Below are positions 13,361-27,300 of a DNA stretch of 64,000 nt, piece after piece. A program made the translations under genes and the position numbers. The number at the start of each line of letters is the position of its first letter. The first letter of the stretch is position 1. The notes under the pieces are model-generated. The model had not been told where the DNA came from and made no database searches. It saw nothing but the letters and a program-made list of their open reading frames with translations. This DNA comes from Haplodiscus bocki (taxonomy: Eukaryota). The stretch covers positions 113,584,001 to 113,648,000 of the forward strand of contig OZ296649.1 of the NCBI GenBank assembly GCA_965655095.1. Direction: 5' to 3'.

Positions 13361-15989
13361 AAGAGCAAAATTAATTTGATTTACTGAGTCATGACTGCAG
13401 CGTAAGCGTTACGAGCAACAAAACGTTCTAATGGTGCTACATAGTATCGGTGAACTCTTCAAGACTTTTTTGTGATTTTTAATGAAAATAGTAAAATAAA
13501 ACAATTGTTTAGTGAGTATTTTTGCATTTATGTTCAGTGCTCATTTGTCATATGATATCTAACCAGAGACATCATCAGAAAAACTTACAGACTACCTTAG
13601 CGTATTTTATCTTAAAGCGTATGAGAAGTATCAAAACAAAGCAAAACAAAAGGTGCAGTCTCACTGCGAAATTTCCCGTGAAAGGGGTGAAAAAATGATC
13701 GATCGAATCTATGACAAGTGGTTTCCGATTGAGACCTTGTGGGAAAAATTCAAGACTCTTTTTTGTCGTTTGATGCTTCTACTTATACTTTTGTAGTAAA
13801 AAAGTTATTGCTTGAAATTTATTACAGTTACGCAAGCAGTGATCGGCAGAAACTCATGAGTTTGAATAACAAAAAATGCAACCAAAACTGTATTTTTTGG
13901 CATTTTCAGCCCACCAAGAAAAGTCTGTTGGTTGTAGAAAAATTGGGAAAATTCAATTCCAAGATATTTTTACGATAAGAATTCTGTCCAATAATACATT
14001 GATTAAAGAATTAAGCCATTTGATATGGGAAAATGAGGACTTGAATTAAGCGATATGTTAAACCTAATATAACTTTTTGGCCTTCATGAACAACCAGGGC
14101 ACCAAGGTAGGTGTCAAGATCTATCAGTTTTCCCTTGAACAGTCAGGTTCAGGTAGAGTGGTGCTGCTGGATTAGATGGTGCAGGAAACCAAACGCGTTG
14201 TTGTAGAAAAAAAATCTTGAACATGTAGATGTATTTGCTGATAAAACTTTTGGCATTTTCGGCCGGTCATGAAAAGCAAGCAAAAAAACAAACAAACTAG
14301 AGTTTCGCCGGGAGATTTTTTTAAAAAACAAGGGAATTGGGGAATCACTTTTAGAAGAAATTTCGGTACTTCAAGGATCGGATTTAAATCTATGCTTTTA
14401 AAATGTATTGAAAACAGTCCGTTTTTATTATTTTTCCAGGAAAAACAACAAAAGAGTTTTTTTAAAGCGACTAAGTGCCAGCGTCTGATACACTGAAATC
14501 TCTTTGTCATCAAATCACTAAATTGGCCACCTTTTTAGTTCTTGCTTCAAGGTTGTCGGAACGAAGGTTCACCAACACTTTCAATTGACCAATGAAACCC
14601 GAACTGGAAGTTTGTTTCCCTGAAAATACAAAGAAAGCTTCTCTGGCGTCATTTTGATAGCTGAAAACGGGAACCTCGTTGTTGCAATAAAAATGAACAC
14701 TGCTAGTTTTGGAATGTAACCGCCCCAAGATCTTGAAATTTGACAGAAAGTTGAAAAAACCAAAAATAATTTGTTGTTCGCTATCTGTCTCTGGAAAACA
14801 GCAAAAAAACACCGAACATCAACCATAATTTATTGGATAAAAAACTGGATTCTTCAGGGTTATCAAATGGTCAATCTAGGCCGTCCTCAGCCTTTTATTT
14901 CAAAACATTATAGTAAAGCTGACGAAACAGAAAAACAGAAGATGTTTTATATTTTTTTCCGTTAAAGGAAAAATGCAGAATTCTGTGGATGTGATCTCAG
15001 CTACACGTAAGGGACAAACAACTAAAGTCATTCATTAAAGTTTTGCGAAAAGGATTTCGTTTCGATTTTACCTCCAGTATTTAAAACTTCAAAAGGACAA
15101 ACGACATTTAAAAATTTCTCAAAAATGCATCGCAGGGAAAAATTCTAAAGAAACAATGACAACGAAACTAAAAGCAACTTTTTCTTCAATGAGAGTATCT
15201 GATTAAAAACTTACAAATTTGAAGTAATTTGAGGTTCAATGAGAACTTTGTTGCCGGCATTAAAGACCTCAAGTTCAAAATCTTAGGGGAAACGTCGGAA
15301 AACTCGATTTTTAGGGTTCTCTTGAACAAAAACCTAGCCAAAACCTTCCTCCATATTTCAAAACGTAGTTGATTAATTTGTTGAGACTGTCCTCTACTCC
15401 ATGGTGAACCATAGGTTCTTCTTGGACCTATTTTCAATATATGGCCTAAATAACGACCGAAATTGACGAAAGAGCTCGGTTTTCCAGATATGTTTTCGAA
15501 AACATCTGTTGAAAAACTTTGTCACGCTTTCAAATTTAATTGTCTGATACATTTGAGTTTTTCTGTCAAGGTTTTTTGTATTTAAGCTAGATCGAGAAGC
15601 ATGGCGCCAAATTGAAACACTTCAAACTCACAAAAACATCCGTACCAAAACGAAAGTTTAATACGTGATATATCATTGTCTTCTGCTTATTTTTCTGCAG
15701 ATATCAAAAAGTCCGAAAAAAGGTGAATAAAAATTGAGCTCCAGAAGAAAATTCTTCAGTTGACAGTGGAAAGGAGAAAAAATGTTTCCGAATTCTCTAG
15801 TGCAGCTCTCTATGAATCATTTTGTTTTCACTACGCTCGGGTAAAAAAGATGACTTTTGGAAATTTCTTCTTCCGATCAAAACTGTTCTAAAATGAGATC
15901 ATTGTTGGAGTGAATTAGGTATTCATCAGGAACTATTAACTTGAATCTTGAGCTACGTGAAGATTATGGGCACTTTTTGTTCCGACTAT

Positions 15990-16445
15990 CAGAAATCCGA
16001 CGGAACAGAAAATTGGCATTTTTTCCATGTTCATGTTCTTCGACAGGTGGACGACTAGTGATTGAAACCTTGAGGGAGGAAGTCGATCCACTTGGCAATG
16101 AAAACAATAAATTCGAATATTAAGATTTGTCAATTTATAGTGCTTCCTAGCGGTGTCTGGATTACCAGGACAACGACAGAAGAAGCAAAATCGATTATAG
16201 TCCTCTTCAAGCAAAAATTGTCATTTGAACCCTTGATATTCAAACATTAGGCTGGTAGTATAAGACGGTTTTGAGTTCTGAAACGGAGATCAGTAGTTAT
16301 TCGAAGCAATCTTATCAGTTTTGTCTCGTCAGAATTTGGACACAAAGAAAAACATTAATGATTTTCCATTGGATAAATCTTCCTCAAGCAAAAGGTTGTC
16401 GAATGAGACCCTCATGATACAATTGTAAGTTTTTGTAGCTATGAA
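15990..16445 (-). pseudogene. Decayed array of ~3 sushi/CCP-like modules
   Basis: ~180-bp (60-codon) periodicity. Minus-strand pieces TYNC...GSHSTTFCL, GSNDNFCL...FCRCPGNP, YCFHC..QGF...SSTC...TW...PIFC fit the CCP pattern C..GF.L.G....C...G.W....P.C. Stops and frameshifts present. Confidence 0.4.
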
Positions 16446-16999
16446 GAAAATGAGCTTCATCATTCCACGAAATCAAATTTGAAAAAGAAATGAAATTTAA
16501 TGAAAAAAAATAAAAAATCAACAATTTCATAGGTGTTTTTGGATTGTTAGGAACAAGTTTTCACAGTTCGAGCAGAAAAGTTTTGGCAGGACTGTCCAAA
16601 CTGCCTTTTTCGTGTCCGGAGGCCAACTTTGAGTTTCAAGAAAAACATGGAAATTTTCACTCGGACTTGCTAACTTCATGTCTACGTACTTGGGGTATGC
16701 CTTCACGTGCGTGAAAGATTAAGACTGCTATTAGTAAGCCCAATTTTTTCGGAGCCACATTTGTCTCAACCTTGATATGGCAGAAAAATTCCATCCTGAC
16801 TTTTTTTCGACGAAATTGTTAGCGATTAGTTCACTCCACTTTTTGTAAAAGATCACCAACAGATTTTCCTGTGCAATTCATGTCTGTAAAAGTTTTGATC
16901 GAAACAACAAAGTTTTGTGATTTTTGTTATCATATTTCAACCAAGTCAGTTGAACTATTTCTTCGTTATCGCAAATAAAGGAAGCAAACGGATAGTGAA

Positions 17000-19300
17000 A
17001 CATTGTTTTGAGGAGTCTATCTTTCAAATTTTTGAGGTCTGTTCAACTCACATGTGAAATTCAATAACACTGGGTTTGTTGGCGGAACTGAGACCGTTCC
17101 AACATTATTCTGGAGGAAAACTCATTTCTTCACAATGAAGACAAGGAGCGTTTCTATTATGTACTTGCCCCTAAGTTGATTAGAAAAGGCTTTGTTTTTA
17201 TTTTAGTTTTTCCCCATTCTCTCACCGCAGTTATTCGAAAAATGGCCGAAGTTTTTACAGTATGGACTAGACGTCTTAACTCAGTTTCCAATTCAAAGTC
17301 CCATGTTGCTGCTACTATCATAGTGGGCACAGGAAGTTCTTCATTTTCTATAACACTAGGCTCAATAATTTTTCAAATGCGCTAGTTTTTGGTCGTATGG
17401 ACCGGTTCCGAGGTATTCTACTTTAGATGATTTCCTCAGGTGAGGTGGCATTTTGGCGTATCTTAGGATGTTTATCATACCTCGTGCGTTATCACAAAAA
17501 GTCCGTTCAATGTCTTGGTTTGGCTCTTTGAGGAGATCTGGTACTGATTTCGTGTTCGGGTCGAAGGTCAGTTTGTTCCATTTATGCTTTGCAGTGCTTT
17601 TTGGCTCTGGTTTGACGTATTTCTGGCAAAGTAGTATATTTACATGTTCAAGAGTCCGTTAATTCGACGCGTTTAAGACTCAAATATCTTTTTTTTCAGA
17701 AAGCGCGCATGAAAACGGTTGCTTTTCATTGCCTTTCATTTCTAGATGCATCTTCAGCATTGTTTTAGAAAAGTATTAGAAAAATTCGAAATATTATTCT
17801 TGCCGTCACCTCTTATTGTGTTGGTGGAAACTGGTCTCAAAGGTCTCAAAAGTGCAGATGCCGCTGGTTGATGCTGGATGCTGAGACGTGATTCCAGCAA
17901 TTGACTAAGTTTATCTGGTTTTTGAAGTGTTATGCGGGACTTTTAGGGTTGTCTTCAATTACAAGTAAAGTGCTTTCTCATGACAACAATTTGACTATGT
18001 TCTGAGGTTGGGCTGGATGGCGATGCGTTAGGACACGCTAAAAGAAGATTTGATTGAGAAGCAATTTTTTCGCCTTGTGAAGAATGTGTGTTTGCCGGAC
18101 AAAGTTTTTTTTCGCTGACCAACAAATCACCCGAATCGACGGTAACATTACCAAGCGTTTCATCTGCGTTGGAGTTTAGGCTTTTTGAAACGGCCTTTGA
18201 GTGCCCTTTTTATGCCCTGAAAAAATTCTCTGCGCCGGGTCAAGTCAAACACTACCCGGGTCCCGTCCAGAAGACACGTTGACTGGGTTTATTGCCAGCT
18301 CCACCTCAGATCTCCATTTCAACCCAAATTGGGTTATGTACTCTAGTATCGACCGTAACCACAACGTTGTGTACTTTGGGGTGCACTCTGTCAGTAATGC
18401 TATCTCAAGTGTTTGAAAGTCAACTTGAAGACCGTTAACGGAATTCAGGTGGTCTGTGTCACTAGAAAGAATCAATTTAACCAACTGAATTCGTCCTACT
18501 GTCAGTCTGAGGCTCAAAATTGTCTTGTTGTATCGCAAAATTGTCTGCAAACTTGTTTGAAAAACAATTTTCTCAAGGACACCAAAGATCAGTTCCCATC
18601 TTTTAAAGAGAGACTTGTTGTGTTGTCACAGTTTCGATTTCGAAAAGCTCGGATTGATAACCCCTTGGGGTCAGATGGCGGTTGCGTCTCCTCCAATGGC
18701 CTTCAGTTCGGCGTTCAAACAGGGTTTGTCCTTTCATGACGTCACAATTGCAGAGTTCTAACTACATCTGAAACTCTAACTACCATCAAAGTATAGATAC
18801 TGCCATTTACATGACATCCTTGAACATTTGCAATAACAACAAAGAGGGTGGAAAAGCACATTTGGGATGAAAGTGTGCTTTCCAGAATGTACTGTTCTTC
18901 ATGTGTAGCACTGGCTTAAGCTGGAAAATTATATGTAGGTGGTTTCAAGTTAGTTTTGGGGTTTGAGAGTGTGTCAGTTTGCGTTGAGTAACAGTTGGAT
19001 TAAAATTTCTGATGTACGTCAATTAAGTCACACACAACCTGTGTTGGCTGATCAGACTATGTCAAACACCAGCATTTAGGACTGCTCCGACGGTTATTTT
19101 CAAAATAGAACCAAATTAGCATTTTCCTGCTGTATGTACAACATTGGTGTGTTTTCATGGGATATAACATTCAGTTTGGTTGTTTCCTTGATTGAAATCA
19201 TTAATGTGTTGTAAAAGTTTCAAAATTACATGTGAGTTACACTATACTGAGGATCGAATAAAACAGTTCTAGAACCTAACCAAGACCCATTGACTAGGTG
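17000..19300 (-). mobile_element. Possible very old Ty3/gypsy pol remnant
   Basis: Only scattered motif-like pieces (TVGAVL, FNPT, LQVDF, HNTS) in RNaseH-to-integrase order on the minus strand; weak. Confidence 0.25.
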
Positions 19301-20199
19301 GACAGTAGTTGACCAACCACCGACTGTTTCCGTTCTCTGAGGCGTGTTTTGAATTTTTTAATGATTTTCCTGTCATAGGTCAGTATCATACTACATCTTG
19401 ACTTATAAGGCTTTGTGTATGAATGATTCGAGTATGTTACTGCTTTGACCAATAAATTGTACCTTCTTGGTCATCAAATGCAATAGTACAAGTAAGCTTT
19501 TTTTGACATAATTAGTACCTTCAAAACAAATGTCCAGCACTACTGGTAGTTCTTTTTCTGTTAAGATTTAGGTCGGTAAAAATACCTGCTTTTGAATTAC
19601 TTCACTGCAATACTTATATTTTGGCCAGTCAAATAGCAGTCAACAAAGAACTTCGAAGCAAGTAGTGATTAAAAGCGTCCAGTACCGCCATCATTGAATA
19701 GGTTGAGCCAAATCCATGTTTATAGCCAATTGGATTAAAGTAGCGCCAATAACTATTTGTTAGCGTTGCAACACTATATTCCAAACGCGTTCGTTTTTGC
19801 TGTGACACTTTCGTTCGCTATATGAATTTACAGTACCGTACTCATACTTTGTTCTAAATACATGTACCTATAACCAGGTCTTTACTTTTGTAGCACTAAA
19901 ATAAATCATACTGCATATAATAGTGTCAATTGCCGTTTCCATATTGGAATAAGGGCTAATATCATTGTTTCGTCCCGTGACATGGGTTTCCATAAGAGAT
20001 GTCATATGTTGGCAGGTGGCAGCTTGTAGGCCTTGTAATGTTTGACACGAAGAATGACGAGACGGCAACGGCTCAAGTGGGGTCGTTTATGGGACTTGCG
20101 GAACATGAAATATGTCATCGGAGGCAACAAATCGGTCAGTAAAAATAGAAGTGTCACGCCAATAGTCAGGTGTGTTACTACGTGCCAACTAACATGAGG

Positions 20200-20560
20200 C
20201 CCGGTCAACTCGGGGATTTTTACCGCGCTCCAACTTTGTTAAAAGTGCGTCTGTAGGAAAAAATACTTTTCTGTATGCATTCTATAGCAATTTTGCTACC
20301 TTTTCTTTTTCTTAAGATTTTCCAGATTTTTGCCGTAAGCACTAAATGTTCGTCGAAAAAAGACGTTCTGAAGTAACATGACCATTTTATGTTCATTCTC
20401 CGGCAAAATTGGCTAGAAATGGTAGTTCTTAGGCAAAAATTAAAACAATTATGGTTGCGGTTTGGTAGCATTGTTGAATCATGCAATTGCCAATAACATG
20501 TTTAAAAAAAACGCAGGCGGCGAGTGGATGATTTTCCTTTCACATATGGGCAGAATTTAC
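20200..20560 (+). repeat. Interspersed repeat family A fragment
   Basis: CCGGTCAACTCGGGGA start (cf. 32633 CCAGTTAACTCGGGGA); GCATTCTATAGCAATTTTGCTAC and GAGTGGATGATTTTCC blocks. Confidence 0.5.
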
Positions 20561-23500
20561 TAAAAAACTAAGAAGTTTCTGTTGCATTTCATTTCTGATG
20601 AATGTTTTCGAATTAAAAACAATCTGGAGCAATCCTCGGAGAAAATGGCGTGCATCGATTGACTAGTTTTAAAAATTCTCAAAAGGTATCAGCGTTTCGT
20701 TTTAAAGTTGGAAAGCCTTATTTTTAGTTTTTGCATTATTGGAACCAACGTTTACTGAAAAGTTGATAGTCTTCTCAATTTTGATAATCAATAGAATTAC
20801 TTTTCAACCGGTTCTTTTTCTATCTGGCTGGTTTTCTGTTAGATATATATTGCCAGGGCATACGCCTTGAAGCCCTTTCACAATTATCAATGATAATCAA
20901 CAGGATATCCCTGGCTATGCTAACTCCGGATTAGTTTGTATGTTTTCCCACAATACTACCAAATATTTGATTTTAATATACTTCGACAAAGCTACCAAAT
21001 TTTTCTTTCCGCATTAAAACTTGCAAGTTGCTTTCAGCAGTTTCCAGTGGTAGGTCTTGAAATTTTCAAGGCCTTTGACATATTCAAAACGAAAAACATA
21101 AGGAAATGGAACTAGTTTTGTTTTCGAAAAAAAATCGCTTCAGAAATAATTTGAAAGTCGTATTCTGTCATAGAATGGTTCCAGTGAATCCATTCACTGT
21201 CATAGAATAAAAAAGAGGAAAGTAATGGCATTACCATAAACTGTTTTGTTTTGTATGGCATTCCTTGGTCCATTGCAGGATTTTCATGGCAGGTAAACCT
21301 GGGTATTTATTTTAAGACTTGATTATTAATAATTACTTCACACTAATAAGTGAACAGTTTATCTTTGATTACTTAGCTGTTTTTCACTCTTACATCCTGT
21401 GATCAAAAATAAATTGTAAATTAACCGCAATTTTTTTAATCACTGAGTAGGCACGGTAAAACTCGATCAGAATTATAAGCATAAGGGCTTTAGACAATTC
21501 TGGGGAAAACTATGTTGGACTATTTTTTTCTATTTTTTAAAATAAAAGCAAAGAACATCCGCTTGTCCCCTGTTTGTACTTTTGGAATGCAAAACTATTA
21601 ACTCTTTTCTGCATCTGTTCTGATTCCACATTTATCACTGGTTTAGATGCGCCGAATGAAATATATCCGGTCTAGAGCCAGCGAGAAGGTGCCCAGAAGT
21701 CCTTTTTTACAAGCTCTACTTTTTGGTATTGCTTTTTTTCTCCTTAACTTCTCAAAAATTATATAGTGGTTATAATACTTTCACGCAATTTCCAATCAAA
21801 TGAAATAAATTTTTTCAAGTGCGGTCGATCACATCTCTAGGTAATAGCAATCCAATTTTGATCTGGAGGTTTCGGATGGATTCTCGAGTTGGCATTCAGT
21901 GATGATCTTTGTCGCCAATAGTGGAGTACACCTGTTAAAAGTAATTTTTTTCACCAAAGGGTTGTTCTGAATTTCAACCCAGAAGACTATTACAGCTGAA
22001 AGTGTTTCCGGAGAAGTTTTTATACACATAAGTGATGCTCATCAAAATTTCAATTTGAACAGGTAATCTCCGAAGACTTCAGCTGATCCCGGAAGGCAGA
22101 AAGTTATCAAATTACTGAATATTATACTGTTAACTTCAATGATTCAGAAAAACAGAGCTGTATTATAGTATTGAGCTCCGATGATACGCTGTAATAATTG
22201 ACTTTAACTTGATGAACCTCCGTCATTGTCCGAGTGCTCTTGGCAGAAACCGGATATATGTGTCACCAGTCGAAAAGTTAACCGCTTTTTGCAAGATTTG
22301 AGCGGCGAATAAAATTAAATGGTCATTTAATCTTCTACCGTTGTTCCAGGTCCCTTTTAGTTGACTTTTTTCTAACTTAATTTAGTTCATTAATAGAATA
22401 ACATTCGATGACATAATTACTGTAGAAGTAAATGATGGAAATGAAAACTTGTGTTTGGCGATAATCGTAAGTCTAAAACTCGGCATGAAACGTAGTATTT
22501 TGTTTAACTTTTTTGGGGGGACGGAGAGGGGGCTTTTGGGACCAGATTCATAACAGATGTCTTTTTGGTTCCTAATTTTGGTTTACAAATAATTTTCGAT
22601 GAAGCAGTAAATAGAATTCATTGGTTCAGATAAGCAGATACACCCATAAAATGTCAATCCAGTTTTTCATGTTCAGTTGTTAAAGCACCAAATCGAAAGC
22701 CTGAAAGAAAATATGCTCAAATGATTCATCCTCTGACAGTGTGAGGATTGTATTAAAGCTTGAGGAAAAGTAACAAACTTCGTTTACCTGGGGGGTGAGT
22801 AACAAGTTGGGAAGGGCCGAAATGGGCGCGGCCCGTTAATGCCAGGCACTCAAAACACTCAGAGCATCAGAGCTGGGAAAATAGGACGAGAAGTTTTTGA
22901 CAACGTCGGGGTTCTCAGGATTGTTTCTTGAATGTCTTAATGTTTTAATTGAGTTGTTTGTTTCTTGATAATTCAAACTGCATTTCCAATGATTTCAATG
23001 TCAGATGAACTGAGGGCACGTTTGATGTGAAGAGCTAACGTCTGATTTCAGGAGCAATTTTTCAATTGAGCGCAGTTTGGAGATTTCCGACCCGAAGTTA
23101 GTCCGATTCAACGGCATCCCGGCATTAGTGAACGTTGACTTTATATTGCATCTTAAAAATCAATTCTTAGAGCGTCGATAAAATGTGAACTATTCGAAAA
23201 ATTGAAAAGTGACCATTCAAGCATCAAAAGTTCAGAATTTTGCAACTCTTCGGACGTTCAAAGCAAAGAAATTTCAACTCCGGTGGCTAGTTCTTTCTTT
23301 TGCAATAAAGGTAATCCCCAGTACTTAGTATGTTACTCGTCTTCAATCAGTTACTTTCTACAATCAAATGCAAAAAATTAGGATCTCCTGTCAATACATA
23401 CCTCAGACATTTCTTCGTGAATGAAATGCCCTCCTTGTCTCCCGTCTCCAATCCCTTCACAATATAATGAAATAATTGGTACTGCCAAACTATTTTTACG

Positions 23501-23699
23501 GTAGAGGAGAAGCGTTACAACTATAATAGTAGGAATGCAGTATTTCATTTTTTAGTTGGCCTTTCTATTTTAGTTAAAAAAGCCGACTCTTGAAGAAATC
23601 ACTGTTTTTTTAAGATATAACAAATTGTCAACTTTTTTCCCAAACTTTCTTCCCCGGCAAAGTATTTTAAACATCCAAGTACAGTCTTTAATAAGCAAC

Positions 23700-23975
23700 G
23701 GCAAATACTCCCAAACACCAAAAAATGCTTTGTACGAAATTTTTCGGACTGTGAGACGGAAAAAATTCGTTGAAAAATCGCTTGATAAAATTCAAAAATC
23801 TCTTATGTATAAAGCTTTCATAACCAGAAACGTTCAATAAACCCAAAAGGCACCCCTACGAAATGTTTTGCAAATGTGAGACAAAAAAATTCAATTGTCC
23901 TTTCTATGGGCTATGCAAACTTTCGCGCTCGACAAATGGGCAGCGCTGAATTTGAGCTGATCTCAGCTTGTAAAA
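23700..23975 (-). repeat. Family B fragment (GTCTCACAGTxCCGAAAA core)
   Basis: TTTTCGGACTGTGAGACGG and GTGAGACAAAAAAA are reverse complements of the core in the arrays at 36020 and 59705. Confidence 0.55.
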
Positions 23976-24399
23976 GTAAACAAAACTTGAAACTTTTGAC
24001 AACACAAACATGATATCATTTTTTAAAAAAAATTTGTTTCTTAATTTGCGTATTTTTTTTCAAAAAATCAATGACAACATCAGTTATTACAAAAAGGAGA
24101 GGCGAAACGACTCTGCAATATTTTCCGTCCTTAGAAATTTTTAAAAAAGACAAAAAACTTGTATAAATTCGACAATGTAAAAACAAGAACACTGGTCCTG
24201 TTTCCTGGAAACGAATTCGATGTCAAACAAATACAAAAATCCACGGAACTCACAAGCTATTTTAAAGTTAGGTGGTCTTTCCGAAAAATTTGGGCATATA
24301 AACCAGAAAAGATACTTTGAGAAAAATTTGCAAAAGTGGTTCCCACAAATTTATCGAATAAAAAGTTTTTCAAACACAAACCAAGTAGTAGCCAAAAAA

Positions 24400-27300
24400 T
24401 TTGTTTCCACAGGTTAAGTAATTTGTTAACTTCGAAGAAAGTTGTCGTAGAATAGCTTATCAGAAATCTAACTTTTTTCGAAATAAGAAGTGCAAAAACG
24501 GATTCAATCAACAATTCGCCAAAACATGTGCCTCTTGTAACTTTAAAATACTTTTTAAGAACAAGGAATCAACGAATCCAATGAAATTTTATGACTGCAT
24601 TCTCCTTTCATATTTGAAATAAAAACACAAACACAGAGATTACCTAACCATAAAACATAGCTCTGAAAGCAACCAACTCTGCTACGAAGCCAAAACAAAT
24701 TGTCGCATCAGCTTACGCGAGACAAAATATATATTCCAGCGATGCTACAGACATCCTAACTATATTGACAAAAAACAATCAACTTGTTTACTGTAGAGAA
24801 ACTGACTCAACATTCAACTTCAAACAGGGAACTGACACCTACGACCGGAGGTGATAACCTTCATGGGGGACTCAGGGGTGAAACTGTGACCCCAAAAAGC
24901 AATCCTGTTGTTATCTATCAGCCAATCATGATGAAATTTTTTAAATGAAATTCCAGAGTTAAAAATTCCCATAATTTGATTACCAGTGATAAAAGGAACT
25001 AAACAGATGTCTTCATCGTGATACGGAAAAAATAATGTATATGTTTGGCTTCTTCCCACGAAGACAAGAAGCAGGCGAACCGTTGAATCCAGGCTTTTTG
25101 AAAAATGTTGAGTGAACTTGCATTCTGGCGCAAAATCTGGGCGCAAACGTAAAATTCGGTATACAAAATTTTCATTTCTGGTGGAAACAATAAAACTGCG
25201 CAAGAGAGGTTAGACATGGAGCCAGAAATCAAGCCAGATGAAGCATAAAAATTCGCTGCCAATTCTGAAGAGAGGGTTAAAGGCAAATCATTGTGCTGAA
25301 AAATCTGACGAATAGAACCAAACGAGGTGAAACAACGAATTATGAAAGATTGTGAAGTTGCAGCCAGCAATAAAGTTTCTTTTCGCGGAAGCAAGTAAAG
25401 GTATCTGGCTGTATTTATCGTTGAATGTCAAGCAACGATGTCAATTCGCTACAAAAGAAGTGATAATCGAAATTGAAATCAATTCAAGCGTGGTAACAGA
25501 GTGAATGAGTACGATTTAGGCACAGATTATTAAATTATTGACCTAAACAAGGTAGTGTTGCCACTAGGGAGAATTGGAGAAGCATCTTTTTCAATGAAAA
25601 GAGGAATAAACGTTTGAAGATATGATAGATTTTGAGTTATAAGCTTGCTTTTTCTCTAAAGACGAGCTCGAAAAATTAATAAATACTCAGTTAATATTTG
25701 TAATTCTTTTCTTGAAACCTGAAAAGGCGTCATCGTTATTTAAAAGCCATTAGACATCGCTTGCTATTTATCCTTTGGGGTAAAAATTACAAATAAAGTA
25801 AATAGAGAAGCAAGGAATACGACGGTGGAATCGGGAAACTTGCTTTCTAGACAAAATTAACTGGTGACGTTGAACTACAAAATCACAATGACCAATCAGA
25901 AAGCAAAGTTTCAGTGTGGTTACTCGATTAGTGAGAATGAAACCAAATTAAACAGGCGGCGGTGCAGCCAGTTACAAAACAAAAAGATTCAGTCTGAGTT
26001 TATCACATAATTTAATAGAAAAGATAAAGAGAATAATCATGCTTTTCAAGTCAAAGTTGAACAGGTCTCCAAAAATTACAACAAAAAGGGCTACGAGTTC
26101 TCCTTAGATTGGAAGACGCGGTCGGAACTAAGTTAGAAAAATATACATTTGAAGGACACATCGGAACGAAAACGAATTTTTTGATTTTTTTTACCCAACC
26201 AACAGTTATGCAAGTCATAAAGGAGAACTATGTCAAAATAGCTTCCGAAAACGCACTGAAAGATGTTAGTTTGAAAGATAAATATCAGATGAGGAAAGAG
26301 TCAAATCAAATGAAGTTGTAAATCATCAAGATGACAAGAAACAAAATGAGACGTGTTTTACGTCACTGTAGACGTTTTATGAATATGGACATATAGACTT
26401 AAGGTCGCAAACGGCAGTCCACTGCAATTTCCAAAGAGAGCATTGGTGGTCGGCTAAGGGTGTATTTAGATACAGAACTCGATTTCATGGTTCAAAAGTT
26501 ATGCCAACATAAATCCAAAAGTATACTGTTAGTGTATTAGCGGGACTATCAAAAACTTATGTTTTACAGAAAGTCCGCGAAAGAATAGAACAATGCGCGA
26601 AATTATAACGGGTACGCGAAGTTAAATAAAAGAATGTGCTATGCCAAGTTTAGCTAAAACATGTGCAAGTTGTCGATTCTTTTTCAAACTAGATAAAGTA
26701 TCGGATTGAAACGAACAACTTGAGAAACCATACCGTGAGTATTGTCAAAGTATGAAACAAGTTGTTGATAGCAGGCTTTTCAAAGAACTCCAAAAGTTTC
26801 AAAATTATACAGTGCTCGCCGAGCAGTTTTAGGGGCAGTACTGCAACAAGTAAATGAGGGACCCGAGTGCAAAACAATACACTTTGGGCAAATATTTCTC
26901 ATCAACTTGAAACAGAAATTTTTATTAATTGAGCATGAGCTCTAGAGGCCAGTAACTGTGGTTGGCTATTTCCAAAACAATATGTATCTCAAACTTTCAA
27001 TCTTCCCAATTCACAAAGAGTTAGCTAGTGCAAAGAACAGAAAAAAAGGCAACCGCACTTATGTTAACAGGTCAACTTGCTGGGTGGTTAGTTCATTTTC
27101 CTTTGAAATTTCCAAAGTTTGTTCGCTGAGGAAAACATCAGGTTCTGTTCACTATTCATCCAGACGTCCTTCGAAAAAAAAAGATGAGCTATAAAAAAAC
27201 CGAAAAAAAATAAGGAATAACTGCTTTGCAGTAACTCATATTATTGAAATTGATTCAATTTCACAAAACCAATTCGACCGGCCAATCAGAATGCAGCGAC

